Shown one piece after another: positions 1 through 12,522 of a stretch of 64,000 nt of DNA (within the stretch, counting starts at the first letter, position 1; every line of letters begins with the position of its first letter). The notes under the pieces were generated by a model that was given only the letters and a program-made list of their open reading frames with translations, ran no database searches and had not been told where the DNA came from. The DNA lies in assembly GCF_003704095.1 (NCBI RefSeq), contig NW_020844270.1, positions 1-64,000 on the forward strand. The letters run 5' to 3'. This DNA comes from Pocillopora damicornis (lineage: Eukaryota). Position numbers and translations under genes: made by a program.

Positions 1-284
1 ACAATTCGGCAATCAAAACGTCCTGCAACTGATCGAAAATGTAATAATATTTAGAGACACATGTTACCTTGCTGATAAGAATTGGTATTTAAATACAAAA
101 AAGGAAACTCAACGTATGTTTTTGCATTTGACTAAGCTCAGTACTTTTTTATGCTATTTGTAGAACGACGCTCTGACTTGACCTGGCATTGGCAGAAAGA
201 TTTGGGTTACTCAGTTGCGTTTTCTAGCCTCCATAAAGTAATAGTGTTCATGAAAGAATAAAAAATTCGTTGTTTCTATTCACG

Positions 285-1344
285 CTCAGACCTAAAAAGA
301 CAACCAAACGTAAACTACAGAGCGCGCTAAGAACTAAAAAAACAATCAAACGTAAATTATAGAGCACGCTTAGAACTGACAAAACAATCGAACGTTAACT
401 ACAGAGCGCACTTAGACCTAACAAATCAATCAAACGTAAACTACAGAGTGTACTTAGACTACCAAATCAATTAAACATAAACTACAGAGTGTGCTTAGAC
501 CTAATAAAACAATCGAACATAATATACAGAGCGCGCTTAGAACTAATTAAACAATCAAACGTAAGCTACTGGGCGCGCTTAGAACTAACATAAAAATCAA
601 ACAAAAACTACAGAGCGCGCTTAAAACTAACAAAAAGTCAAACGTAAACTACAAAGCACGATTATCAAACGTAAACTACAGAGCGCGCTTAGTAACAAAA
701 CAATAAAACGTAATGTACAGAGCGCACTTAAGGAGGCTGGAAAGGGTTTTTAGATGCACACGCGCCCGCAATCTACACACCGGAAGTTAAATGTTGCTTG
801 AAATTGCGCGAACCGGAAATAAAATCTGCGAAATACATTTGTTTCTAGCTCGAAATTTTGTTCGGTGACCAATCTGGATTTTTTGCATGCAAGCACCATT
901 TACGATGGTACTTCAAATATAAAAGGTTCGGGAAAAATTATCCAGTAGAATTGTCTTCAAGCCATAAATCGCATTTTCTTTAAATATATTTAATTCTACC
1001 AGATAAATTTTTTCCATACTGTCTGAAAAAATAAAGAATTTCGGGAACTTTCCAACAAAGAAATAAAAATGTTAGGTCACCGAATTAGTTTTTCAGATAA
1101 TTTACAAAAACTAAAATTTAGTGGACGTTTTTGTGGACCTTGTGCGTTGCCATGGTAACTGATATGACGTCACAAGTACCCTCAAAGTATAGCCCAGCAA
1201 TAGAGTTACAAGGAGACATATAGTTTGCCCACCCCATTAAATATCCTTCTTTGTAATCTTCCATCGTTTCACAAACATTGCAACAACAAGAAACCCTTTC
1301 GAGCCTCCTTAAAACTAACAAAATAATCAAACGTAAACTACAGA
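285..1344 (+). repeat. 42-bp tandem repeat array (unit ~AAACGTAAACTACAGAGCGCGCTTAGAACTAACAAAACAATC), interrupted by a MITE and ending at a gap
   Basis: Successive AAACGTAAA starts at 306 and 348 give a 42-bp period. About 10 diverged units run to 731, and the array resumes in register at 1309-1344. Confidence 0.9.
732..1308. mobile_element. Non-autonomous DNA transposon (MITE) with TTAA target-site duplication, Kolobok-like termini
   Basis: TIRs GGAGGCTGGAAAGGGTTT and AAACCCTTTCGAGCCTCC (1 mismatch in 18). TTAA at 728-731 and 1309-1312. Removing it restores the repeat unit GAGCGCACTTAA|AACTAACAAAA. GG...CC ends with TTAA fit Kolobok rather than piggyBac (CC...GG). Confidence 0.85.
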
Positions 1345-1444
1345 NNNNNNNNNNNNNNNNNNNNNNNNNNNNNNNNNNNNNNNNNNNNNNNNNNNNNNNN
1401 NNNNNNNNNNNNNNNNNNNNNNNNNNNNNNNNNNNNNNNNNNNN

Positions 1445-2093
1445 GTAAATTACGTTTTATTGTTTTGTTACTAAGCGCGCTCTGTAGTTTACGTTTGATT
1501 TTTTTGTAAGGTATAATCGTGCTTTGTAGTTTACGTTTGACTTTTTGTTAGTTTTAAGCGCGATCTGTAGTTTTTGTTTGATTTTTATGTTAGTTCTAAG
1601 CGCGCCCAGTAGCTTACGTTTGACTGTTTAATTAGTTCTAAGCGCGCTCTGTAGTTTATGTTCGATTGTTTTATTAGGTCTAAGCACGCTCTGTAGTTTA
1701 TGTTTAATTGATTTGGTAGTCTAAGTACACTCTGTAATTTACGTTTGATTGTTTTGTTAGTTCTTAGCGCGCTCTGTAGTTTACGTTTGGTTGTCTTTTT
1801 AGGTCTAAGCGTGAATAGAAACAACGAATTTTTTATTCTTTCATGAACACTATTACTTTATGGAGGCTAGAAAACGCAACTGAGTAACCCAAATCTTTCG
1901 GCCAATGCCAGGTCAAGTCAGAGCGTCGATCTACAAATAGCATAAAAAAGTACTGAGCTTAGTCAAATGCAAAAACATACGTTGATTTTCCTTTTTTGTA
2001 TTTAAACACCAATTCTTATCAGCAAGGTAACATGTGTCTCCAAATATTATTACATTTTCGATCAGTTGCAGGACGTTTTGATTGCCGAATTGC
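1445..2093 (-). repeat. Inverted near-identical copy of 1-~720 (42-bp array plus flanking unique sequence)
   Basis: The reverse complement of 2093->1445 reproduces 1-~715 (e.g. CAATTCGGCAATCAAAACGTCC; TGACCTGGCATTGGC) with scattered substitutions and indels. Confidence 0.9.
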
Positions 2094-4465
2094 ATTTCCA
2101 ATCTACCTTTTTCTTTCTTTTCTAAGAGAAGCAGAATTTGCCATGCCTTAAAGTCAATTGCTTAAATCAAAACTTCACAAAACTTTTTATAGCATCAGGG
2201 TTATAAAGAACTGTTTAACTGAAAAGACGTCAAAGCAATTTCAAAATTTGCCTTGTGAAAGGAAAAACATGCATCCTTCTCAATAAGATATGGCGATTCT
2301 TAGCATTTCATTTGATAAGTGACTTCAACACGAAGTAAGGGTGCGTTGTGGCTTACTGATTTTCTTCTTTTTATTTTTTTCCTTTATTGCTGCATAAAAA
2401 AAATGGGGTCTTGAAGAACATACGCAGTTCTTGCGAATGCCAGTTTTGCGCTTTTTTCAGGAAAATAATAGTTGAGATTTTCAAAGATGAAAGCTGTCAT
2501 TTAGGTCTTTTTCTTCAACGAAGCATTAGATGTTTCATTAAAAAAAAAGTGCTTCTCTCACTGACGGAACATCTAAGCAGGTACTTCCGTAACTTCGCAT
2601 TCTTCATGTATCAGCCCTTACATGAAAGCTACTTTTTAATACAAAGAATTAACTAAAAGCTGCAAAATTTCAGAATCATAAACTAAAATAGCATACCTGC
2701 CTTTGGCATAAATGTGATAAAATTTGACTCAATAACAAGGACGAAATTAAGTTTCGAATTGTGCTGTCTGCAAAATGGTGTTTTCGTCAAACTGGAAACT
2801 TCAACTCGACATGAGAAGTGTACGCGGAAACCGACAAAATTTTTCCACACGCAATAGCCAACTCACAATTAAAGGTGGAAAAAGAGTGAATTGTATGGCG
2901 TGTACTACGCCCCTGAATACCCATATACCGCAGGAATTTGGCGACTTAACACGGAAAAGTAAACCTTTCCACGGCATAGGGAACTTTTGTAGCCTGAACG
3001 CAGTTTAAATGTTTATAATGCGTTTTTCTTTGAAAGTCTGGCAAAGATTTTCACACGACAGAATGAGGGCAACATCTAATTTCAGGAAATGCGAAAACCG
3101 GGTCTCAACAAAGATGAAGGGCGATTTTTTGCTGAAGAGACGACAAAGTTACAAAAGTACCCACCATACCTATAGGGGGAACGAGGGAGAGGGGGAAATG
3201 AGAAGGTTATGTAAAGTATTATTATTTTAAAAAAGGATCTGGACAACCGTTGGATAACCGCGGTCGAGACAAGGTGAATCGAGGATGGCAACAGCATCAA
3301 GAACGTAGCCAAAAAAAATTGCTTTAACGAGAAGTTTAATAGCTGTGCACGTGTTTGTCTAAACTTTGTGGCTGTCATCTGCTATAAAGCAACGCTAAAT
3401 CACTCGGGTTTGAAAATTCTGAAAGCGGAAACACCGAAGGCAAATTATTGCGTTCAACGCAGGGAGAACGCCATTCCCGAGTTCTCGCGGTTCAGTGATC
3501 TGGTGCCGAAATTACGGTGCGAAAAAAAAAAGCCAAATGGGAAGTCTCTCTCATCGGTATAAAGAATAAGTGATGTGGTGGTGAAAATGGGCGAAAATAA
3601 ATCGAAAAATTTAACTTGTGAGGATGAAAAACTATTGGTAGGAGAGGGTATTCAGTTGGGTGAAGGTGGAAAAGAAAGAAAAAAGCAGAACTGTTCGATT
3701 TATGCAAGAAAGCTGCAGCAATAAGGCAGATCAAACTTGCCTCTTGTGTCTGAATGCTTGGACGTAAAACTTCTCTAATATTTCAGAGCTCTCGTTTGGC
3801 GTCCGCATACAGCCATGCCTCAGCTGCTTTGATGTCATCATCTAACCGTTTATTTTTTCTTGCTGATTCGTAGGGAGGGCTTACTGTAATTGGCGAGACG
3901 AAACGAAATTAAAATCTGTAATTTGCGAAATAAACTCGAAATCTGTAATTTGCAAAAACAAGAAATATGTCATTTGCAAAACTGAAATCTTTAATTGTTC
4001 GAAAGAGCTCGAGTGTAAAGGCTGATCTCTTTTCAATTAATTTTATATTCGAGAAAAACGTACTCTTAGGAATCATAGTTGTGCATGGGTTAACCAAAAC
4101 AATTCCTCTCTCTTTCTTTTTTTCTCTTTCACAGTGTACGTTCCGCTCTAACTACACAACATAGCGAATGACTCGCAAATAAGCGCATCACTTTTGCAAG
4201 TGCTGTCAGACTTCTGCCAAGATCACAATACACAATCCAAAAGATAAATGAGAAACGGAGAGAAGAAATGTAAAATGTATCTGATTCCAACCCTTTATCA
4301 TCTGATGACAAGGTAACGACGTCGAAACTCCAGACACATCTGATAAGAGATCTACTTCAAGATATNNNNNNNNNNNNNNNNNNNNNNNNNNNNNNNNNNN
4401 NNNNNNNNNNNNNNNNNNNNNNNNNNNNNNNNNNNNNNNNNNNNNNNNNNNNNNNNNNNNNNNNN

Positions 4466-5345
4466 TTAGCCCTAACAAAACAATCGAACATAAACTACAG
4501 AGCGCGCTTAGAACTAATTAAACAATTAAACGTAAGCTACAGAGCGCGCTTAAAACTAACAAAAAGTCAAGCGTAAACTACAAAGCACGATTATACCTTA
4601 NNNNNNNNNNNNNNNNNNNNNNNNNNNNNNNNNNNNNNNNNNNNNNNNNNNNNNNNNNNNNNNNNNNNNNNNNNNNNNNNNNNNNNNNNNNNNNNNNNNN
4701 NNNNNNNNNNNNNNNNNNNNNNNNNNNNNNNNNNNNNNNNNNNNNNNNNNNNNNNNNNNNNNNNNNNNNNNNNNNNNNNNNNNNNNNNNNNNNNNNNNNN
4801 NNNNNNNNNNNNNNNNNNNNNNNNNNNNNNNNNNNNNNNNNNNNNNNNNNNNNNNNNNNNNNNNNNNNNNNNNNNNNNNNNNNNNNNNNNNNNNNNNNNN
4901 NNNNNNNNNNNNNNNNNNNNNNNNNNNNNNNNNNNNNNNNNNNNNNNNNNNNNNNNNNNNNNNNNNNNNNNNNNNNNNNNNNNNNNNNNNNNNNNNNNNN
5001 NNNNNNNNNNNNNNNNNNNNNNNNNNNNNNNNNNNNNNNNNNNNNNNNNNNNNNNNNNNNNNNNNNNNNNNNNNNNNNNNNNNNNNNNNNNNNNNNNNNN
5101 NNNNNNNNNNNNNNNNNNNNNNNNNNNNNNNNNNNNNNNNNNNNNNNNNNNNNNNNNNNNNNNNNNNNNNNNNNNNNNNNNNNNNNNNNNNNNNNNNNNN
5201 NNNNNNNNNNNNNNNNNNNNNNNNNNNNNNNNNNNNNNNNNNNNNNNNNNNNNNNNNNNNNNNNNNNNNNNNNNNNNNNNNNNNNNNNNNNNNNNAGAAC
5301 TAACAAAAGAATCAAACGTTAACTACAAAGCGCAGTTATAACTTA
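4466..5345 (+). repeat. Third block of the 42-bp array (mostly gap)
   Basis: 4466-4600 and 5296-5345 carry the same units in + orientation, including the variant unit ending CAAAGCACGATTATACCTTA that is seen inverted at ~1507-1530. Confidence 0.85.
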
Positions 5346-6129
5346 CAAATTACAAAGTATCCCTCACATATGGAGGACAGAGGTGGCTAAGGATTACTTG
5401 TTCTGCAATCTGTTGTAACTCTGACCCATTCTCCGCGTCCTTGCTTTATTTTCCTAGTGTCGGTGCACTTTGGTGACGTGTGCACGACGGGTAGTTGTCA
5501 AAACGTACTCATAAAGCAATGGAGGAAAGGAGAACGCACCGCTAAGGGATACAATTGGCATCAACAATTTTTATTAACGAGTTGCTATGCATTAAAAAAC
5601 GAACGAGCGAATTTTTTTTTATGCAAAGCAACGAGTGAATAAAAATCGTTCAAGCATTTTCCATGGTGTAATGTTTTTATTTCATACGTACTGAGATTTT
5701 TTCTTACTGAAAGCCGCACGCTTGTTGCCCTCCACTGCGAAGTACCATCGTTCATGTCTACGACTGGACGAACGGTGTATTTTCAGTCGTTCGCTCAGTA
5801 TGTACGAAATAAATTACGGTACTTTCAATGTTTTGAGAATCAGATACCGTATCAACACTTTTTTGAGCATAAATCTTTCCAAACCTGAATAATTACTATT
5901 TGTTATCAGAACGATTGTCTGCCACAATCCTCAACCCTTAACAAAACGATCTATTTTTTTGGTGAAAGAACGTTTCCTGTCCACGTAGAACGTTTGAAGT
6001 ACTACCCTTCTGATCCCCTAACTCGATCAACTCGGACGTCGTCTAAAAAGCAACTGAAGTGGTTGCGTTAACAAATTTTTTAGGGTTTAAGTAGTTCAGG
6101 AATTAAATAATATTTATAATTTCCATAGT

Positions 6130-6250
6130 TACAAAGGTGCCCTAAAAGTTACCAAAATGCCCTGCAAAGTTAAAAAAGTGCCTGTCACGTTGCAGAAGTG
6201 CCCTTTTGTGTTACAAAAGTGCCTGAAAAAAGATAGAAATGTGCCCTTTC
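6130..6250 (+). repeat. Degenerate ~20-bp repeat with AA(G/A)TGCCC(T) core, upstream of SF3A2
   Basis: Six recurring GTGCCC/ATGCCC/GTGCCT cores at ~20-bp spacing, followed by a (CT)n tract. Confidence 0.55.
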
Positions 6251-6520
6251 CTCTAGCTCTCTCTCTCTCTCTCCATCAATAATGTGTGTGAAGGTTGAGG
6301 TAGAGTTGATTTACGAAAGCACCGGGTGGTACAATTGGCGCCATACATCTTATCATTAGAACACACAAGAGAGAAATTTAGTCGATTCGATCTATGGAAA
6401 CGATCAGATTGATCGCGCGAAAGCGAGGCGTTACCCAGAGGCCCTCTTTGTTCCAGTCTCTCTTACATTCACAGCGCCATATTTCTTCTTCAACTTTTTC
6501 CTTATCGCACTTTGTCCGAC

Positions 6521-9500
6521 ATGGATTTTCAAAACCGCGCAGGAGGAAAAACGGGCTCGGGTGGTGTAGCTTCGTGGTCAGAATCGAATAGAGACCGTCG
6601 AGAACGTCTGCGACAGCTTGCTTTAGAAACAATCGATCTCAACAAGGTAAATATATTTCATAGTTTACGTCGTTGGTTCAGAATGTGTGCACGAGCTTGT
6701 TTTAACTCGCGTGCATGGCCCACGATAGGACTTGCACGCGTACATTAGCAAAAATCTATGAGCATATGGTATGAAGAGCTCTCGACTTTACGGTTTTCGG
6801 CTTCATTATTGGTATACACATACATGTTCAACGTATTTTCAACTTTACTATTTCCACGTTATTTTGAAAGTTTACCACAAGGTAACAATATAACGATGTG
6901 ATTTTTGTTGAGGTTTTCATTAATACAGTTACTGATGGTATTTTCAAGATTATTTTATTTTAAGGAGTGATGTTGAACTTATATCCTTTTTGATTTTCAG
7001 GATCCCTATTTTATGAAAAATCATCTTGGTTCTTACGAATGCAAATTATGTCTTACTCTTCACAACAATGAGGTAAGGTGTTTAGCTACGAAGTAACTTA
7101 TGTTACCTTGTTCACTAATCGATGATACTTTAATCAAGGGAAAGCTATGGAAATTTTTTCTTTGGAGTAAATTTCCATTGAAAATAATTTCACATCTGTC
7201 TTATTTGGATGTTTTAAATGGCCAGATATAATTATAATAATTAAGATCAAATGCAAATTCCACCTCCAAATATTGAGAGTTCGCAAAATTAATTCTGTAT
7301 CTCAGTAAATAAAATGAAGTGACAACACAAGTTCTGGTGCTACAGTTTGTCTTGCTTGCATTTATCTGCTGAAAAGTGATTCAGCTGAAAAATAGCAAAC
7401 TATACCGAATGGAAAAGTAATCTATCCATCATCACTACACTCTGAGTAACCCAGATTTATGCATTGATTGTTATTTTTTATTTTTTTTAAGGGAAGCTAT
7501 CTTGCCCATACCCAAGGAAAAAAACATCAGTCAAATCTGTAAGGAGTCATGTTAATCATAACAACTAGAAATCACATTATCCTAATACTGGAAGACATTA
7601 CATAGTGAAACTGAAACAATTATTGGTGCATATGAGCAATAACTAGTGTAGGTACATGTAGGATGCAGGAAGAATGAAAGTCTGCCTTGCTGATTGAATA
7701 AATAGCTGACATACTGTACATGTAGAAATACATCCAGATTAACAATTCTTAGAATAACATTTATGACTTAACTCCATAGGGCTCGTCGAGCTGCTAAAGA
7801 AGCAAAGGAGGCCCCAGCTCAACCAGCACCTGTGAGTACCTAATGTTGTGACACTTAATAAGAGTCAGCATGTAATTTTCTCATAACTGAGTCGTCCATG
7901 ATCAATCCTTTAACTCTCAAGATCTGATTGTTGACTCTCCTCTCTAGCTGATGCACATCCCTATTGTAAATTGGTTACAAGAATTTGATTTTAGATCAAG
8001 ATAACAACTTCTACCTGATAAGTTTGAAATCCTCAATACCTGTTGGCTGGATAATGTATAGATATAGTCACTACCAGGAGTATAAGGGTTAAAATACTAC
8101 ATCTCAGGCAGTTTTATTATATTTGGTTTTAGGTATCATTTACTTTTACCTAAGATAAATTTGATGTGGATTTTGACCATCGTTTTTATCCTGATGTGTT
8201 TTATGTTTCAATTGTTTTACGCAAACATGCAAGCTGCCTCGTGTAAACTGTAATTCATCCTAAAACTTCATATTTTAGACTAAATCTGTGCTCTCAAGGT
8301 CGATTTCCTTGTTTATCTAGGCCCCTGTAGTTATTTAGGACATCCATTGCTCTCCTTTTTTTTTTGGTAATTGTTTGTCAAACTAGGAAAGGGATGCTGA
8401 AAGGGATGCTTGGGTACAAAGAAAAGTTGTTGTTTCAAGAAAAAAAGGCATTTTGTTTAAAGTTTGTAAATTACCTTTTTATTTTTTTTTTTACAGGAAA
8501 AACCAAGAGTATCTGTTAAAAAGTTTGTTAAAATTGGTCGTCCTGGCTACAAAGGTATTAGAATATGTTTATGTTAAAGTTTTAAAAATTTGGCTGGATT
8601 TATTATTTTTTTTTAAAAACAAGTTGTAGTTTTGGTTAGGAGCTCTAGCAATGTTTTGTGGATGAAGGAAAATTCAAATTCTTTTTATCTTTTGCTAACA
8701 CCTTGCTGTATTGTTCTTTTCCTTTCCTGTAATAAGTTACAAAGCAGAGAGATTCCGACACTGGACAGCATAGTTTACTCTTTCAGGTAATATGTGTGTA
8801 CCTTTGTGGACATACTTTCATTGCCACTGTAAACGATGAAAGGTTTATTTAATATCTGATGCATCAAAGAAACCACCAAGAATGCCACTAAGTTAGTGTA
8901 CAAATTGAAAATAGAATAAAATACTAGCACAGAAAGATTTGATCAGACAATTTTTTTATTAATTGTTTCATTCTACACAATTTTTCCTTGTGCATTTTCA
9001 CACTGGTTTATACCACTCTGTGGTGTATTTTCAGACAAAAATAATGCATTATAAAGCATGTGAGGGCCTGTAAAATGAAAAACTGTATGGGAATGTGGGG
9101 GGGGAGGGGGTGGTGAGATGGGAAGTGAACTCACAAACCCACAGCCCTTTTAAGGGTTATGGCCTTTGGTGCACTGATGTTATATGACAATATCAATCAA
9201 ATATTTATATCAAAACTTGTTTACATTGGTTAAATTTGACTGAAAAAACTCCAAAATATCTCGAGGTGTTTAAAATCTCACTTCATAAGTTTGCTCAAAA
9301 GCTTCCAAACAGTCATAGACAGCTCCAGATTGATGGTAACCATCCAATATCACATAATACTAAACACCTTCAACAGGCAGTCTACAAGAAAAATACAAGA
9401 TAACTTCCTGTGTGTACTAAATTTTGATATGCACATTTTCTCAAATTTTGACACTATATGTGAACCAGGCTTAAGACCCGAACCTTTCTTTGCCTGGCTG

Positions 9501-11187
9501 AGCCAGATTCTATTTTTTTCCATTGGTACATCACTTTTTGACTTGCAGTTGCTTTAAGTAATTTCTTTGTAACTACATGATCTTTGCATAAAAATTTTTC
9601 TTCTGCTTGCTGTTGAAAACAAACCTGTTTCCTGCCTCCAAATGCTGAATGAAATTTAAGTGATCACAATTTCTTTTTTTTATTTTAACTGAGTGAACTT
9701 GAAAATGTATTCAGCAGTGAATTCCTTAAGTGTTATTTATTGGTGGAATCCCAGGAATATTCCCTTCATTACTGATGCATTCAACCACTATGTTAAAATA
9801 AGATAATGGAATTAAATCAGTCAGCCAATGAATTTTAAGAAGACTTCTAGTAACTTGTAGTCATGAATGTTTTCCAGGTGGATTACCCAGAGATAGCAGA
9901 AGGCATCACTCCAAGACACCGTTTCATGTCAGCCTATGAACAGAGAATTGAACCTCCTGACAAGGCGTGGCAGTATCTCCTGTTTGCAGCAGAGCCGTAT
10001 GAAACAATAGCATTCAAGGTGATTACTTGTTTTAGCCTTTTGATGATCTCTCTGTTTAACTTTACATCATGTAAACTAAGGTCCACCCTCACCCACAAAA
10101 TTATGTTTCATGACTGGTCAATCATCAGTTAAATTCTTTTTGGACAATGGGTCAAATAGAGATTTTGAATTGTTTTATGGATATTAAATTTTTTTCGTCA
10201 CAGATTCCAAGTCGGGAAATTGACAAAGATGAAGGGAGACTTTGGACTGAATGGAATAAAGACACAAAACAGGTCAGAACATATTCAGCATGTAATTATT
10301 ATGGGAGGAGATATCATATTAAGGTTAAATTACATGTATCTATGAACTGTAATACACTGTAACACCAATACTGTAGTTCATAAAAATGTGCAATCTAAGA
10401 ATTAGGAGACATTGATCAAATGGTAGTAGCAAGGAAAGGAAAAGGCATAGCTAGAGGGCAGGTTATACCACCTGGGGGCATAGTTGGGACTCATCTTAAG
10501 ATACATGTGACCCTTACTTATGTTAAGAAATATTGATGATTTGCCATTATGAAAAGATCTGGTATTCCTCCAAATACCAGCATTGGAAACAACTCTCTTC
10601 CCCCCCCCCTCCTCCTCTCTTTCCACCCTCCCCCCCCTTGCAGAAAATCCTGCTTACACCCCTCAGACTCTTATCAATACTGGACTTCACTGCCTTAAGT
10701 TTGAAACTCAATTTACTGTAAAGATATTAAAGTTAGGTTAGATTAGTGGAAGTTTAGCTCTTCCACATGGCTGATGGTAAATGAGGGTGAAAAGTAAATC
10801 TAAGAAAGCTAAGTAACTTGTGTTGTCTGGTTCATGAGACCCATCTTCCATTCATTGGGGTTTGTTTCCATTTTAAGTTAACAACAAGTTTGGTCCTGCA
10901 AAAAAAAATATTATCAATGAACTCTATTGTACATTAAACCTAGGAATTTTGTAGCCAAGGGGTTTTCATTTTAGGGTTTCCTGTATGGTTTAACATTAAA
11001 GTTAACACTCTGTTCTCGTTTCTTACAGTTTTTCCTTCAGTTTCATTTCCGGTTGACTCCCATTCAAATTCAACAGCAACAGCAGAAGAGAAGTGTCAAT
11101 CAGCCAGGTGTGCCACCAGGTTTAGCCCCACCTCCTCCGAGGAACATTCCATCTGCCAATCCACTCAACCCATTTGCTCAGCGCTGA
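6521..11187 (+). CDS. SF3A2: Splicing factor 3A subunit 2 (SF3a66/PRP11), 9 coding exons, 257 aa
   Basis: Exons 6521-6646, 7001-7072, 7492-7538, 7780-7831, 8497-8554, 8737-8786, 9878-10018, 10204-10272, 11029-11187, all with GT-AG introns and consistent phase. Protein: MDFQNRAGGKTGSGGVASWSESNRDRRERLRQLALETIDLNKDPYFMKNHLGSYECKLCLTLHNNEGSYLAHTQGKKHQSNL (U1C-type Zn finger) ... KFVKIGRPGYKVTKQRD ... RHRFMSAYEQRIEPPDKAWQYLLFAAEPYETIAFK. AATAAA at 11300. Confidence 0.97.
7902..8092. mobile_element. Short degenerate MITE (piggyBac-like CCC...GGG/TTAA ends) in an SF3A2 intron
   Basis: Left end TCAATCCTTTAACTCTCAAG and right end CCAGGAGTATAAGGGTTAA form degenerate inverted termini. Confidence 0.5.
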
Positions 11188-11804
11188 TAAGCTATGTTGT
11201 TTATGTTAACTTTTTAGGACCATGCTTTCTTTTTGACACTTTGAGTTTGACCAAAAAGTAAAATTGATTTAGGAGACTCTTAAATACTATCATCTATGTA
11301 ATAAAGTGGAATTTACAACTTGGGAAGGTTGTGTCTCTTTGGTTTCAACAGAAAATATTGGTGTGCCTAAAACTTCAGTAACGATGGCAAGGTAAAGTTG
11401 CTCAAGTTGCAGCTAAATAAGGAAATTGGGCAAAGGATGCCATAACCTCAATCCCAGAGATGCGGTATATCAGAGACGCAGTTAGATCACACTTTGTGTC
11501 CATTTAACAAACTTTTAGGCTAAATTTGTCTTTTTGTCATTGGGAATTCATTTAAATTTTTTTTGTCCTTATCCAAAGTCCCATTTAATTTGAGGTTTCC
11601 TTCTGTTAAAGAAGACGCTCTGAATGGCTCAAAATATAGTCAAAGGCTCCTTTCAACAAAAATGTCCATGAAACAAACTTTTGAAATGAAAACACAAAGA
11701 TAGCCTTGTGGCATTTCCTTAATAGTTCAAACTTGCTGAAAACAGCAATAAAACATATGCGTATATTACGGTATACGTAACTGTATTCAACTACGATGAA
11801 AGGT

Positions 11805-11945
11805 TAAGGGAGGAGAGAGAGACTGGGCATGTCAAGCTAGTGGATAAGGGAGGAGAGGGAGACTGGGCATGTCAAGCTAGTGGATAAGGGATGGGACGAA
11901 AAATGGGCTTGTCCAACCAGTGGTTGGAAGACTGGGCTTGTCATT
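11805..11945 (+). repeat. 40-bp direct repeat (2 near-perfect copies plus degenerate partial copies)
   Basis: TAAGGGAGGAGAGRGAGACTGGGCATGTCAAGCTAGTGGA at 11805-11844 and 11845-11884. The TGGGCTTGTC core recurs twice more. Confidence 0.85.
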
Positions 11946-12522
11946 CAGTTTCCAGTCATTTGTAACAGCGATACCGTCCTAACAAATGGGTAGAGAGGGA
12001 AGTTAGAAATGGAACAAGTGTCAAAACAAGACCTCTCTTTATTTTACGTACATAGTCATTCGGTTGATTTATGATTTATTACCGGCTCCTAAAGCGCAAT
12101 TTACACACGCCGCATACTATCCATGGGTCAAACTCTATTGACCACAGGTTTAAGAAGTGGTCTATCAGTTCACAGAGGTCCCAAATAGAGAAGCAAACTT
12201 TAATGACATCGCGAGCTAAGAAATACAAAAACGATACGCTGACAAAACCCCGCCTAGGAACACAGCCTTACTTTCGAAGAAACGAAAAGTCCGAGACGAG
12301 CGCTGAGAAGAAGACATTATTCTGTCAGTTTAATTCTAGCTTGTTCCAGATTCTCGGCGAGTTGAAACGGGTGATAGAAGCGGGCACGCGAAAAACCGTG
12401 GGAATGGGAGTCAGGCCAACAAAAACCACTTGCCTGGCAAGCGCAACCGTTATTTGTCACTCACACGTTCTTTAATTAACCTTCTTCGTCTGTTTTAAAA
12501 GTACATATTATGCTTAAGCTCA

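Noticed and set aside
285-1810. CRISPR-like appearance of regularly spaced repeats
   Set aside because: Units are contiguous 42-bp tandem copies without unique spacers, there are no cas genes, and the context is eukaryotic.
1585-1824. Repetitive 79-aa ORF
   Set aside because: It is the translation of the 42-bp (14-codon) satellite, with no evidence of a gene.
4206-5315. Long ORFs 4206-4478 and 4578-5315 in the ORF track
   Set aside because: Artefacts of N runs.
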